Shown here: one piece after another, positions 8,551-18,226 of the stretch
Layout of the letters: every line of letters starts with the position of its first letter
Position numbering within the stretch: position 1 is the first letter of the stretch
Assembly: GCA_963806185.1 (NCBI GenBank)
Contig: CAWDXE010000007.1
Location: forward strand, 704,001 to 768,000
Length of the DNA stretch: 64,000 bases
Reading direction: 5' to 3'
Origin: an uncultured candidate division Zixibacteria bacterium
GTDB taxonomy: Bacteria > Zixibacteria > MSB-5A5 > GN15 > FEB-12
The notes under the pieces: model-generated
Databases searched by the model: none
The model's input: the letters and a program-made list of their open reading frames with translations, nothing else
Told to the model about the DNA's origin: nothing
Program-made: the position numbers and the translations under genes

Positions 8551-10611
8551 TCAGTTCCCCGTCGTGACGACCTGCATGAGCAGGCGGTATTTCTCCTGCG
8601 TGTTCATCTGCGCAAGCTGATCCTCGCTGACCATCTTGCGATACTTCTCAAACGTCTTGCGGACATTTTTTATGTCGTTGTCGCCGAGATAGGAGAGCAT
8701 CAGGTACTCGTAGATTTCGGCATTGTTCGGATCGAGTTTTTGGGCGTCCTTGAAGTTGTCAATCGCTTCCTTGAAATTCCCCAGATTGTACCGAGCTTCG
8801 CCGATTCCCATAAAGGCTTTCACGTTGCGCCGATCGAGACTCACCACTGCTTCATAGTCGGCGATAGCGGCGATATCCTGACCGCGCGCTAGATTTGCCG
8901 TTGCCCGTCCGAGCAGGGCCTGGGTCGATTTGCGGTCGAGTTGGCTGGCACGATCAAAAGCCTGATAGGCCTGATTGCCGTTTCCTTCGTTAAGCGCAAG
9001 GTTGCCGCCCGCGGTCAGATCGGCCACGGTGCCCTCGCGATCGCCCGCTTTGGCACGAGCCTCGGCACGCATGAGGTAAGCTTTCGACGACGTTGGTTTG
9101 AGGGAAATGACTTCAGAGTACTGAGCGATGGCCGTGGCGAAGTCGCCGCCATTCATGGCGGTTTCGGCCGCCGAGTACGCCAGTTCTTCCGGTGACGCCT
9201 GGCGTTCAGCCGGCAATGGCTGCAGCGCCACTTCCAGCGTGGTTGTCTTATTGGCACCGAGATTGACCGTACCGGAAACTGTCTGATATCCCTCGGCACT
9301 GACCGTGTACGAGCGCTTTCCCGGCTTCAGTTTCTGATAGGCGAGGTTCCCGATACCGACCACCTGACCATCAACGCGCAGCGTGGCTCCTTCGACGTTG
9401 GCCGCGAGCACCAATTGCGCACTGGTGGCTTTCGGCGACGGGGAAGAGGTCTGTTGCGGCTCAGCGAATCTCGGTTGGGCTACGTCAGTGGCGGCCGAGG
9501 TGGGAAGCGACGAAATCTCTTCCGGCGTTTCGTGCGCGAAGCTGCCGCTCGCCTCCTCGGCGGGACGCAGAGCGACTGTCGTCACCTCGCCGGCAACCAC
9601 GGTGGCGTAGTCGGTGCCAACGACCTGGTTGTTCACCACGTATTCGATCTTGTGGCTGCCGCTCGATATGCCGTCAGCTACGAAGAATCCCTGGCCGTTG
9701 CTCTCAATCTCTTTCCCCAGATCCGGAAAGCGAATAGCCGCACCCTGAATGAATGGCTGCTGCGTATCATCGAGCACGATCCCTATCACGGTGCCTGAGC
9801 CGCTGCCGGCGCCGGACGTGAAGATGGCAATGCACGCGATGAGAAGCACAGCCGCCGCCGCACCCAGTGATATCCATTTAGCTTTGGGCGAGAGGCTGTA
9901 TTTGCGCAGGACATAGATGCGATCATTGATGGCCGCTTCGTCGTTCTCGTGCAGGCGTTGATTGCCCGTCAGATAGACCACGTTGCCGAAGTAATAGGAC
10001 ACGCCACGCAGTCGATCGGCCATTTTGGGACGATGGGCGTCGGTGGCCTCATTGACAGGTGGCCGGTTGGTTTTGGCGACCGGAACGGCTGACTTGGCTT
10101 TGGCCTCGGTCGATGTTTCCGTCTTGTCGATGCTTCGGAGCAGGTTTCGTTTCTCATCGTCACTGAGATACGGGCGATTGGAGGTGCCGGCATACATCGA
10201 CATGGAAATCGCCTCGATCTCCTGCTTGGACAACTTCTTGATCTGTTGCGGATCATCGGGCTCAGGTTCCGCTTCTTGTTTTTGCGCCGGAGGAGGGGTC
10301 ATATCTTCGGCGGCTGGAATCGAACCGTACATCTTCGCCTGGAGCGGTTCGGTCAATTCTTCGTCGTCAAGCGCGCTAACATCTGACGGAAGAATCGGTC
10401 GCAACCGTTTCACGGACGGTTCATCGAAACCGCTCCCGGAAGGTGATTCCGCGAGTGAACTGTCGTCCCTGAGTTCGGCGGTTTCGACGCCGGAATCCTC
10501 AAAGCTTTGAGTGTGCGTTTCGGCTGGACGGTCAAGGTCGGCGCCACAGCGAGTGCAGAAGGCTGCGCTGTCTACCAACTCGTCGAACTGGCATTGAGGG
10601 CATCGTTTCAC
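8551..10611 (-). CDS. Bitopic membrane protein: N-terminal Zn ribbon, acidic linker, TM, carboxypeptidase-regulatory-like and PEGA domains, C-terminal TPRs
   Basis: CPQC...FCTRCG; one TM (WISLGAAAAVLLIACIAIF); NVEGATLRVDG (PEGA-like); several TPR-like helical repeats. Confidence 0.8.
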   Translation of the reverse strand: MKRCPQCQFDELVDSAAFCTRCGADLDRPAETHTQSFEDSGVETAELRDDSSLAESPSGSGFDEPSVKRLRPILPSDVSALDDEELTEPLQAKMYGSIPAAEDMTPPPAQKQEAEPEPDDPQQIKKLSKQEIEAISMSMYAGTSNRPYLSDDEKRNLLRSIDKTETSTEAKAKSAVPVAKTNRPPVNEATDAHRPKMADRLRGVSYYFGNVVYLTGNQRLHENDEAAINDRIYVLRKYSLSPKAKWISLGAAAAVLLIACIAIFTSGAGSGSGTVIGIVLDDTQQPFIQGAAIRFPDLGKEIESNGQGFFVADGISSGSHKIEYVVNNQVVGTDYATVVAGEVTTVALRPAEEASGSFAHETPEEISSLPTSAATDVAQPRFAEPQQTSSPSPKATSAQLVLAANVEGATLRVDGQVVGIGNLAYQKLKPGKRSYTVSAEGYQTVSGTVNLGANKTTTLEVALQPLPAERQASPEELAYSAAETAMNGGDFATAIAQYSEVISLKPTSSKAYLMRAEARAKAGDREGTVADLTAGGNLALNEGNGNQAYQAFDRASQLDRKSTQALLGRATANLARGQDIAAIADYEAVVSLDRRNVKAFMGIGEARYNLGNFKEAIDNFKDAQKLDPNNAEIYEYLMLSYLGDNDIKNVRKTFEKYRKMVSEDQLAQMNTQEKYRLLMQVVTTGN

Positions 10612-10739
10612 GTCGTTTTCCTACTTTGAAGAGACTATTGTATCTGAGGTCGGTATCGGCATTCGTGCGATTTTTCTTTAAATGTCAGGCTTGGTTGACA
10701 CGTCTCATCCGAGGGGCAAGCCTATTGGCAAATAAGGGC

Positions 10740-10769
10740 TTGACACCCTAACTCGGGCAGGTGTATACT
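10740..10769 (+). promoter_or_regulatory. Sigma70 promoter
   Basis: TTGACA-N18-TATACT upstream of a GGAGGAGG RBS. Confidence 0.7.
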
Positions 10770-10832
10770 GTCTGCCTGTTAGGCTGGGGAGTTGGTTAGG
10801 AGTGCAGACACTACTGGAGGAGGTTGGGCTTC

Positions 10833-12314
10833 ATGTCTCTGTATGGTAAGCGATTGTCCGCCATATCGTTGGTTCTACTCGGCGTAATGGTTTTCGCCGG
10901 CTGCTCACAGCCGGATGACATTCTAACAGGGGTCTCCAAGTCGACTATGACGCTCACGGCCGAGCGCCTCCCGACCCCGCCGAACGGCATGGTATACGAA
11001 CTATGGCTCTCCAAGGTGGCCGATCCCGATACGAGCGTGGCCTCGACTGATATCCGCTCGCTCGGCAAATTCTCGTACATCAATAACGACACGATCAATG
11101 CGTTCCTCAATCTCGACGGATCGGCGCGTTCTAATTTGATTGATATCTCCGAAGATATCCTCAATTACAAGAGCGTCTTTGTCTCTATTGAATTGGCTAG
11201 TGATGCCGATGAAGATCGTCCTGGCCCAATCATGTTGACCGGTCGCATTTCGTCGGATCCGGATGCGACTCTGCGCCTCAACTTTCCCAAAGCCGACTCC
11301 CTGTTCGAAGCCACGTGCTGGTTCAATATGCACACGACGTCGGACGAAAGTGATGGCGGCATAGGACGCGGCATTTGGTTCTGCGGCTTCCGGGCGGAGA
11401 CAAAATCTCTCCCGGACACCATAGCGTTGAGAGCTGATTCCACCCAATGGGATACGCTCCCGATTGAAATTGATCCCACGTCTGGTGACACCACGAATAT
11501 CGACTCACTGACTCGTCCGTATCCTGACGTACTTGACAGCATTTATCTGGACACGGTCTATTTCCGCTTCCAGGGTCCCAGCTATACGGTGCGAGATACA
11601 TTCATTATGGGCGTGGATTCGTTCGAGCACATTAGGATGCACTACAAGATCGTGTATCGCAAAGACACTATTCCGCCGTACACGCGCAGGAATCTCCGCA
11701 TTACCGTAGACACCATCCCTGATAGTGCCAGGTTGCAGATATTCAACCAGCAGCAGTTTGCTTTCCCGATTGTTACCAAGTACGGCTGGAAATATTGCGG
11801 GTGGGTAGTTGAGCCAAGCCTCGACATCACTAAAGACTCCATCGGCTCGTTCACGCCGCCCGGTTATCCGACCATCACCGGGAATAAGAACTGGTTTAGC
11901 GGATCAACAGGCGGTCTGTTGAGTACGGGGACCTTCACGTACATAGACAGCTCCGACGATCTTAATCGTTTCCAGGCCGACGCCAACCGAATTCCCGGTT
12001 ACCCCGGTGAAGAGTATGTCGATTTGATCAAGGTTCAGGATGTGCTGGGTGTTCCAGAGGTCAATTTCCTGCCGAACGCAACCGGCAACGTCGGAAACGT
12101 CTTCATTTCCTTTGAACCGGCCAACCGGCTGACGGACACGACCAATTTCCCGCTCATCGCCTTTTCGGTTGATGTCCCGTCGTTCCGCAGTGCGCTGAAC
12201 CCGGTCGGGAATCCGGGCACTGTACAGATTCGTATGTACAATTTGACGGGGAGTGTGCCTGGCTACTTGAATATGGGTTTCCCTGAGATTTCCGCCAAGA
12301 TCGGTCGTTTCTAA
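10833..12314 (+). CDS. Lipoprotein of unknown function (weak RskA/anti-sigma-like LPxPxxGxxYxxW motif; very rich in D-S/T-x sequons)
   Basis: Lipobox FAGC, strong RBS, and its own promoter and terminator. Confidence 0.75.
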   Translation: MSLYGKRLSAISLVLLGVMVFAGCSQPDDILTGVSKSTMTLTAERLPTPPNGMVYELWLSKVADPDTSVASTDIRSLGKFSYINNDTINAFLNLDGSARSNLIDISEDILNYKSVFVSIELASDADEDRPGPIMLTGRISSDPDATLRLNFPKADSLFEATCWFNMHTTSDESDGGIGRGIWFCGFRAETKSLPDTIALRADSTQWDTLPIEIDPTSGDTTNIDSLTRPYPDVLDSIYLDTVYFRFQGPSYTVRDTFIMGVDSFEHIRMHYKIVYRKDTIPPYTRRNLRITVDTIPDSARLQIFNQQQFAFPIVTKYGWKYCGWVVEPSLDITKDSIGSFTPPGYPTITGNKNWFSGSTGGLLSTGTFTYIDSSDDLNRFQADANRIPGYPGEEYVDLIKVQDVLGVPEVNFLPNATGNVGNVFISFEPANRLTDTTNFPLIAFSVDVPSFRSALNPVGNPGTVQIRMYNLTGSVPGYLNMGFPEISAKIGRF

Positions 12315-12344
12315 CGACTCCCGGCCGTTTCGATCTGACTTTAC

Positions 12345-12372
12345 AAGCCGCCGCTGAACACGGCGGCTTTTT
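12345..12372 (+). terminator. Rho-independent terminator
   Basis: AAGCCGCCG-ctgaaca-CGGCGGCTT followed by TTT. Confidence 0.85.
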
Positions 12373-12554
12373 GTTGGAGCAAAGTGGAACTGTTCAAGAG
12401 ATGTGCATTTGGCTGCGGAAATGGTGATGTGTGCAGATACGCCGCCCAATTGCTCGGCGTGGAAAGAGATTCCCGGCACATGAATCGCCTTGCATAATAA
12501 GCGGTTACTTACTATCTTGAAAGTAGTTAGTAAATCAAGGTTTGTGATTCCGGA

Positions 12555-12571
12555 CCGGCACCTCACTTGCT
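12555..12571 (+). promoter_or_regulatory. Candidate sigma54 (-24/-12) promoter
   Basis: CCGGCACCTCACTTGCT fits GG-N10-GC with TTGC, downstream of an AT-rich tract in a 440-bp intergenic region. Confidence 0.5.
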
Positions 12572-12757
12572 CGATCCTTCACTGGACCACACATACGAGT
12601 TCTCCCAGATTTTGGGAGTGGTGTGCGCTGGAACACCAGCCACCTGACGTTAGAGTCGGGCATCCCCCCTCCACCACTCCCTTAATTTTTGCCGATTAGT
12701 CTGACTCCCCTGCCGATCACCTTCAGATCTCTACCCTTTGGTCGATACCGTCAAAGG

Positions 12758-14734
12758 ATGAGCACGACGCAGATAGATATCAGATATACAGGTGGGCACA
12801 AACCCGGTTTCCTTTTTCGCCTTGGAACCCTGATTGTCCTCCAGGTCTTGTTTATATTCGCCGCCCTTGCCGTGATCATCTTCGTCCCTTCCGGCTATGA
12901 CACTCCGCTCAGCTACCAGGATCGTCGTCAGCAGATCGAATCGCTGCTTCGGAATCTCGAACCCATCCTGAATCCGACGACAACCTCTGTTACCGGAGAG
13001 ATGCAATCTCCCAACGTAGCCATCCGCGCGGCCCATCCTGAACTGATTGCCGCGGCGGTCTTCTGCCGCCAGCCTGATGGCTCGGTCGAAGAGATATGGA
13101 ATCTGGAAGGCGCCTTCAGCCGTACCGACAACGTCGCTCATGGCGCTTTGGACTATGCCGACAGGCGACTGGTCGATCTGGCGCTGTGCCAGCCGACTGA
13201 GTTCATCATGACGAAACCGAGCACCGAGGCCAACCCGGTGACCTATTATCGTGCGCCGGCGATCGCCGGCAGAAATGCGGTGTTGGTGACGGCTGAAGCC
13301 AGTGACAGTTTCGTTGCGTCACGTTCCTCTCTAGGCTACACGTTGTTCGTGTTGTTTTTGTGTTCCACGCTGGTTTCGTTGTTGACCGTCTATCTGCTCT
13401 CCCGGCGCTTCAAGGAACCGCTTGATCGAATCTCGCGGGGGCTGGACAAGACTGCGGATGGCGAAGTATTCTATCTGATGGAGAGCGAGGGAGACGAGGA
13501 ACTGCAACGCCTCTGCCGGTCCGTCAACCGGATGACCGAAACGCTCTGGCAGAACCAGGGCAATCTTCGTCAGTTCAATGTTCGATTGAATGATATGAAC
13601 ATGAATCTGATCGAATCGCAGCTCTTTCTGACCACGCTCATTGATAGTTCCCCCATTGCCATCATTGTGACTTCCTTTGACGGTCAGATTGTGCTGTTCA
13701 ATCGAGCCGCCAGCGAAGCGTTTGGCTATGCGTACGACGCCATCGTTGGGTCGAAGATTGATCGGCTGCTGGGTGTGACGGGAGAGAAAGTCCAGACGCC
13801 GTCCGAACAGCCAAGTGCCGGCGGGTTTGAGACGATCTGCAGACGGAACGACGACGAGCTATTCCCTGCCTACGTTCTGGCCAGTCCGATCATGGGGCGT
13901 GATGGCCACATGGGCGCCATGCTCTATCTCCTTCGGGACATCAGCGAGAGTCGCAATTTCCAGAACATGATGGTGCGCCTCGATCGGTTTGCGACCCGGG
14001 GACAAATGGCCGGCGATATCGCCCACGAAATCAACAACTATCTGGCCATCCTGCTGGGTAACCTGGAACTGCTCCCTCTGATCATCAAGAAGGGAGATAT
14101 GGAGAAGGCCGACAAGAAGATTGAGATCATGAAAGGCACGGTCGATAAGATCGGTCGCTTTGCCGCGGGACTGCTCGATATTCCGCAAGACGAGGCGCGG
14201 TTCGAACCGGCCAGTCTTAACCAGCTTGTCGAAAACGTGCTCGCCTTTGTCAAACCCCAGAATAAGTTCGACATGATCGAGTGGGAGACAGCGCTGGCCC
14301 CCGATCTGCCGTCCGCGCAAGTCGACGCCGGTCAGGTTCAGCAACTTCTGGTAAATTTGGTGTACAATGCCGCCGCGGCGATGGAAACGATTGACGGCCC
14401 TCGGCGCATTCGGATTCACACTCGTACGTCGACTCTGGACGGCGCACGATCGGTGCGTGTGGAGGTGAAGGACAGCGGCCCCGGAGTCCCCGTGGAGAGG
14501 GAAGCCAGCCTGTTTGTCAGTCGCTTTACGACGAAGAAAAAAGGCCATGGCATCGGGTTGATCACCTGTCGCAAAATTGTCGACGCCCATCAGGGTAAGA
14601 TCGAGTATCGCACCGACAGCGGCGCCGTCTTCGCCTTTGAACTGCCGATCGTCTCAACAGCGGCCCGAGAAGGTGAAGCGCCGCTTGCCGAAGTGCCTGC
14701 CGCCGCCGAGCCGCATCGACCTGTTTCGGTATAA
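12758..14734 (+). CDS. Sensor histidine kinase (2 TM, HAMP, PAS, HisKA, HATPase)
   Basis: IAHEINNYL H-box, NLVYNA N-box, DSGPGV G1, FTTK F-box, GHGIGL G2. The start is uncertain (the ORF track begins at 12689). Confidence 0.9.
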   Translation: MSTTQIDIRYTGGHKPGFLFRLGTLIVLQVLFIFAALAVIIFVPSGYDTPLSYQDRRQQIESLLRNLEPILNPTTTSVTGEMQSPNVAIRAAHPELIAAAVFCRQPDGSVEEIWNLEGAFSRTDNVAHGALDYADRRLVDLALCQPTEFIMTKPSTEANPVTYYRAPAIAGRNAVLVTAEASDSFVASRSSLGYTLFVLFLCSTLVSLLTVYLLSRRFKEPLDRISRGLDKTADGEVFYLMESEGDEELQRLCRSVNRMTETLWQNQGNLRQFNVRLNDMNMNLIESQLFLTTLIDSSPIAIIVTSFDGQIVLFNRAASEAFGYAYDAIVGSKIDRLLGVTGEKVQTPSEQPSAGGFETICRRNDDELFPAYVLASPIMGRDGHMGAMLYLLRDISESRNFQNMMVRLDRFATRGQMAGDIAHEINNYLAILLGNLELLPLIIKKGDMEKADKKIEIMKGTVDKIGRFAAGLLDIPQDEARFEPASLNQLVENVLAFVKPQNKFDMIEWETALAPDLPSAQVDAGQVQQLLVNLVYNAAAAMETIDGPRRIRIHTRTSTLDGARSVRVEVKDSGPGVPVEREASLFVSRFTTKKKGHGIGLITCRKIVDAHQGKIEYRTDSGAVFAFELPIVSTAAREGEAPLAEVPAAAEPHRPVSV

Positions 14735-14776
14735 CTTTCCCTTGCGTCGCCTATCAGAAGAAAAATAGCTTACGGT

Positions 14777-16810
14777 ATGGCTAAGGCTGCCGTATCCCGA
14801 CGAACTTCCCGCTTCGAACGAGGTTTGCTGCCTACCATCATCGTGGTGGTAGCCGCGGCTGTGTTTCTGCTCACCTGGATAGTTATTCGCGCCAGCCGTA
14901 CCGACAGCTACTCGCTTCTGGTAACCCAGGCCACTGCTTTCACCGAGGTGCTCGCTCAGGCGTGCGAGAACACGATCGTGGCCGAATCCTATTACGATCG
15001 CCTGGCGCAGTCACGGTACCGGGACATCGTTGCTTCGCTGGATGATCTCGACATCACCACCTTGCGTGACGGTGACGTGGCACGATTCTCGCGCGTACAC
15101 GATTTCGCCGGGATCTGGGTGTTTGACATGCAAGGGGAAGTGAAGGCCGAGGGGAGTGCGTCCGGCGGAGTAATCCAGATGCCGGCCTTTGTTACCTCTG
15201 AGCTGAAGCAACTGGCCGCCAATCCCGATACCAGGTCCGTGCTTCTCCTGGATGCTCCCGAAGGAGCCGAGGACATCACTCAGTACTATCTTCAGGTGAC
15301 CAACCAGCTCAATCGCATTGTGGTCATTGCCAACGATGCGCGGGCCTATGCCGATGCCGTGCGCACTACCGGGATCGGATTTCTCGTTCAGAATATGTCG
15401 AAGGAAGAGGCAGTCGAGTATATCGTTTACCAGACGAAGGACGGCATAGTGTTTTCGTCGCGACGCAGTGCCAGCCTGCTCTCGATCGACTCCGATCCCT
15501 TCCTGGGGGAGGCTCTGGAATCGGATACAGTCATGAATCGCGTCTTCGAATTCCAGGACCGACCCGTTCTCGAACTGGTTCGTCCCTTTTCGTCGACGCG
15601 CTATCCGTTCGGGCTGTTGCGCGTGGGTTGGTCTCTCAACCAGTACTACTCCATTTCCCGAGCCTTTGATATTCAAATGGCCGTCATGGGCGCGACCTTC
15701 TTTGGCTTGCTGCTTCTGGCTATCCTGTACCTCAATTCACGCCGCCAGCGGACCGAGTTGGGCCAGCGGTATATCAGAATCAAATCGCTCACCGACAAGG
15801 TACTTGAGCAGATGCACAGCGGAGTGGCGGCAATCGACCGCCGGGGTGTGATCCGCATTACCAACCGGGCCTTCGACGAAATCATGGGTGTTTCGCAGCC
15901 AGTCGATCAGTCTTGGCGCGATCTCATGGCGTCACGAAATCCGGTACTGATCGAGTTGCTGGAGAACCCGCGCTCGGCTACTGAAACGGAACTCACTATT
16001 GTTGCCGAGAGTGTCACGAAGGTCGTGCTGGCGGCCCGGACGGAGATTGAGGGCGCCGATGAAGATCAGCCGTCAACCGTCATAGTCGTGACCGACATTA
16101 CGCGCCTGCGCGAATTTGAGAAAGCGGCCGCCCGCAAGGAGCGACTCTCCGAGATGGGGCACCTCGCAGCGGGTGTGGCGCACGAAATCCGCAATCCACT
16201 CAATACCATTGCCATCGCCGCACAGAGACTCGAATCCGAGTTCGCGCCGGCCGACCGGGGGGAAGAATATCTTGCTTTCACTGAGCGCATTCGCTCCGAA
16301 ACCCGTCGTCTTAACGATATCGTCACCAGATTTCTGGCGCTCACGCGCGAGGCCCAGCCACGGCAAGCGAGCGTCATTGTATCCGACCTGTTAGTTGAGA
16401 TGGGGAAAAGGTTCGGCGAGGAAGTCGCCGTCGACGGCATTGAGATATCTGTGGAAACTCTTCCGGGGCTGGTCGTGGCGGGTGACATCGACAAATTGAA
16501 GCAGGCCTTGCTCAATTTGTTCAATAATGCAAGAGAGTCGTTCGACGGGCGTCCGGGAAAGATCGTGTTGCGGGCGGCGAGGGCAGACGCACACGCCGTC
16601 GTGACTATGGCCGACAGCGGACCCGGCATTCCGCCTGATCTGCGTGAGAAGATATTCACTCCCTATTTCACGACCAAACCGCACGGCACTGGTCTGGGCC
16701 TGCCGATTGTCTACCAGATCATCACCGAAGCGGGAGGCACCATCCGGGTAGTCGATTCCGAATTGGGCGGCGCCAGCTTTGTCATCACTCTGCCGGTCCT
16801 TCAGGCATAG
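14777..16810 (+). CDS. Sensor histidine kinase (2 TM, periplasmic domain, PAS, HisKA, HATPase; NtrB/ZraS-like)
   Basis: VAHEIRNPL, NLFNNA, DSGPGI, PYFTTK, GTGLGL. Confidence 0.92.
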   Translation: MAKAAVSRRTSRFERGLLPTIIVVVAAAVFLLTWIVIRASRTDSYSLLVTQATAFTEVLAQACENTIVAESYYDRLAQSRYRDIVASLDDLDITTLRDGDVARFSRVHDFAGIWVFDMQGEVKAEGSASGGVIQMPAFVTSELKQLAANPDTRSVLLLDAPEGAEDITQYYLQVTNQLNRIVVIANDARAYADAVRTTGIGFLVQNMSKEEAVEYIVYQTKDGIVFSSRRSASLLSIDSDPFLGEALESDTVMNRVFEFQDRPVLELVRPFSSTRYPFGLLRVGWSLNQYYSISRAFDIQMAVMGATFFGLLLLAILYLNSRRQRTELGQRYIRIKSLTDKVLEQMHSGVAAIDRRGVIRITNRAFDEIMGVSQPVDQSWRDLMASRNPVLIELLENPRSATETELTIVAESVTKVVLAARTEIEGADEDQPSTVIVVTDITRLREFEKAAARKERLSEMGHLAAGVAHEIRNPLNTIAIAAQRLESEFAPADRGEEYLAFTERIRSETRRLNDIVTRFLALTREAQPRQASVIVSDLLVEMGKRFGEEVAVDGIEISVETLPGLVVAGDIDKLKQALLNLFNNARESFDGRPGKIVLRAARADAHAVVTMADSGPGIPPDLREKIFTPYFTTKPHGTGLGLPIVYQIITEAGGTIRVVDSELGGASFVITLPVLQA

Positions 16811-16835
16811 CCACCTGTCATCAGAGGTAGGCACA

Positions 16836-16868
16836 GAAAAGCGGCCCTCGTTTAAGGGCCGCTTCTTC
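16836..16868. terminator. Bidirectional terminator between the convergent kinase and gltA
   Basis: AAGCGGCCCT-cgttta-AGGGCCGCTT with A/T tracts on both sides. Confidence 0.8.
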
Positions 16869-16891
16869 ATTCACAGAATCGAATTCCGATC

Positions 16892-18211
16892 TCAGCCCTT
16901 GGCCGCCTGCTCTTTGAGCCAGGCCGTGCTGACGGATTTCGGACGCGTGATGGCCGTGCCCAGCGCACGGTTGAGTACCAACTGCGCCAGCATGCCCATG
17001 GCACGTGACACGGAGAACAACACGGTGTAATAATCGAATTCGGTCAGACCGTAATGGTACAGAATCGCGCCGGAACCGGCGTCGACATTCGGCCACGGAT
17101 CCTTCGCCTTGCCATGCTCTTTGAGTACTTCCGGCACGACCTGGAAGACGCGGTCGACCGTCAGAAACACCGGATCGTTGGCCAGATACTTACGGCCGAA
17201 TTCGCGGAAGGCGTCAAAGCGCGGATCGGTGATACGAAGGACGGCATGACCGTAACCCGGCACCACTTTGCCGCTGTTCAGCGTTTCCCACGCATACTTG
17301 CGGAGTTCTTCTTCGGTCGGGACGCCGTCGAACTTGGCGATGGTTTCCAGCACCCAGCCGAGGCATTCCTGATTCGCCAGACCGTGCAGAGGGCCGGCTA
17401 GGCCGTTCAAACCGGCCGACACCGCGTAGTACGGATCGGAGAGGGCCGAACCAACAGTGTGGCAGGTATTGGCCGACACGTTGCCGCCTTCGTGATCCGA
17501 GTGGAGCACGAGGTAGAGGCGCATCATCGCCGCGGTTTCACCCTTCTTGGTCGGGAGGCCGAGCATCTTGGCGTAGTCCGCTCCCCAGTCGAGCTTGTTC
17601 GACGGTTCAATCTGCGGGCCCTTTTTGAATTTCATGCGGTAGATGCCGGCGGCGATAGTGTGGATCGTACCCAGAATCTTCATGGAATCCTGAAGGGTCG
17701 GGACCCAGTACTCGTCCTTCTTCATCCCTTCGGTGTACCGCTTGCGGAACATCGATTCGTTTTCCATCGTCAGGATGGCGGTGTCAAGCATTGCCATCGG
17801 ATGCGAGGTCTTCGGCATCGCTTTGAGAACTTTCCAAACGTATTCCGGTACCTCACCGTTCTTCTTCAGTTCCTTCTGGAAACCCTGAAGTTCTTCGGCA
17901 GACGGAAGTTCGCCGGTGATCAGCAGCCAGAAAATTTCTTCCGGGAGCCGATCTTTCAACTTCATGATCGGCATATCGCGAATGACCAGACCGGTGTCCG
18001 GTTCGACAACCGACGTATCGCAGACCATCCCCTTGACGCCACGCATACCGCCAATCGCCTGTTCGATAGTCACCTGTGAGATGACCTTATTACCATGCTC
18101 TTTGACGAGCGATTTGCGCTCCTCACGGAGCTTCGGAATCATTTCGCCGAGTTTCTCCTGCAGTGATTTTGCAGTCGAAGTGCCCTTTTTGGGCTGTGCC
18201 GCAGTTGTCAT
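16892..18211 (-). CDS. gltA: Citrate (Si)-synthase, eukaryotic type
   Basis: GGMRG, HSDHEGGNVSA, NGLAGPLHGLANQE, VVPGYGHAVLR, PWPNVDA and RPKS motifs. Confidence 0.95.
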   Translation of the reverse strand: MTTAAQPKKGTSTAKSLQEKLGEMIPKLREERKSLVKEHGNKVISQVTIEQAIGGMRGVKGMVCDTSVVEPDTGLVIRDMPIMKLKDRLPEEIFWLLITGELPSAEELQGFQKELKKNGEVPEYVWKVLKAMPKTSHPMAMLDTAILTMENESMFRKRYTEGMKKDEYWVPTLQDSMKILGTIHTIAAGIYRMKFKKGPQIEPSNKLDWGADYAKMLGLPTKKGETAAMMRLYLVLHSDHEGGNVSANTCHTVGSALSDPYYAVSAGLNGLAGPLHGLANQECLGWVLETIAKFDGVPTEEELRKYAWETLNSGKVVPGYGHAVLRITDPRFDAFREFGRKYLANDPVFLTVDRVFQVVPEVLKEHGKAKDPWPNVDAGSGAILYHYGLTEFDYYTVLFSVSRAMGMLAQLVLNRALGTAITRPKSVSTAWLKEQAAKG

Positions 18212-18226
18212 ATATCCTCCACAATG

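Noticed and set aside
12474..12490. Second GG-N10-GC sigma54-like site (CCGGCACATGAATCGC)
   Set aside because: It lacks the TTGC -12 element and is likely a chance match.
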